From positions 29,884,001-29,948,000 of the forward strand of contig OZ241829.1 in assembly GCA_965202585.1 (NCBI GenBank): a DNA stretch of 64,000 bases, read 5' to 3'. Both the position numbers and the translations under genes were made by a program. The stretch comes from Thalia democratica (Eukaryota). The notes beneath the pieces were generated by a model, which searched no databases, was not told the origin of the DNA, and worked only from the letters and a program-made list of their open reading frames with translations. This document shows positions 63,400 to 64,000 of the stretch, piece after piece. How positions within the stretch are numbered: position 1 is the first letter of the stretch; the number at the start of each line of letters is the position of its first letter.

Positions 63400-64000
63400 C
63401 ATTGGTGAGTTGGAGACCTATTATTAATCAGCCACAAACAAGAGGGGAACCATAAAACTTATAGAATATCTAAAATGTTAATTAGTTTTTATAACTAATT
63501 TTTCTTGTTCAACTTTTTTTTAAATTCTAAATATCTACTTATTTCTTTAAATATCTATATTTTAAAATTAACTCTACAACTAATTTTAAATGCATTATAA
63601 TGAATATAATTATAAAGTAAAAAATGTTTAGTGTCTAGTAACACAGGGTTGCAACAGACTCATGATACTTAATATACTTTGTACAGTATAAAACTTTTCA
63701 AATATCCAGGAAAACTCAGGCTGGTTTAAAATTTTCTACTAACACAGGCCAGCTAGGTTATTTTTAAGGTTTTTTAAAAATATCAATCTAGTTTATTATT
63801 ATGTCTTGAATGAGATTTAGTTCTTCCAGTTTTAACATTTTGATATTTCATAACCAATTTTGTTCAAAAACTTGATTTCTTTAGTTTTAAAAAGTTAGTT
63901 AAATTTTTTTATCTATTTATAACATAAGTTTTTAAAGACTTGAAATAACTTTAGACATTTTAAGGTCATTATATTTTTAGTCACTACAAATAGTTTTTTT

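Overview
AT-rich eukaryotic (invertebrate metazoan) genomic DNA with short GT-AG introns. A tunicate-like source is only a guess. The ORF track uses GTG/TTG starts and ignores splicing, so it fragments the real genes. (1) 346-34065 (+): 3' part of one giant gene whose 5' end lies left of the window. I read 65 consecutive phase-1/phase-1 exons, each encoding one sushi/CCP domain (13,158 nt, all lengths divisible by 3). Five further exons encode three atypical C-type lectin domains and the stop. The window encodes about 4,800 aa with no C-terminal TM segment. The CCP exons fall into about 13 types arranged in nested higher-order repeats, with a recent gene-conversion-like tract and two structurally odd domains. 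(2) Several non-autonomous DNA transposons: TA-flanked pogo/Tigger-like, 8-bp-TSD hAT-like, 9-bp-TSD Mutator-like, TTAA-flanked, and a foldback element. (3) 44.1-52.4 kb (-): six disrupted C2H2 zinc-finger gene copies, one a 613-bp near-identical copy flanked by a 14-bp direct repeat next to its source. (4) 52876-54194 (-): a hidden 4-exon, 177-aa gene model with an MBD-like motif, missed by the ORF track. (5) 60766-62148 (-): an intronless BACK-Kelch ORF with no visible BTB domain. All exon boundaries, alignments and counts were read by eye; no database searches were run.
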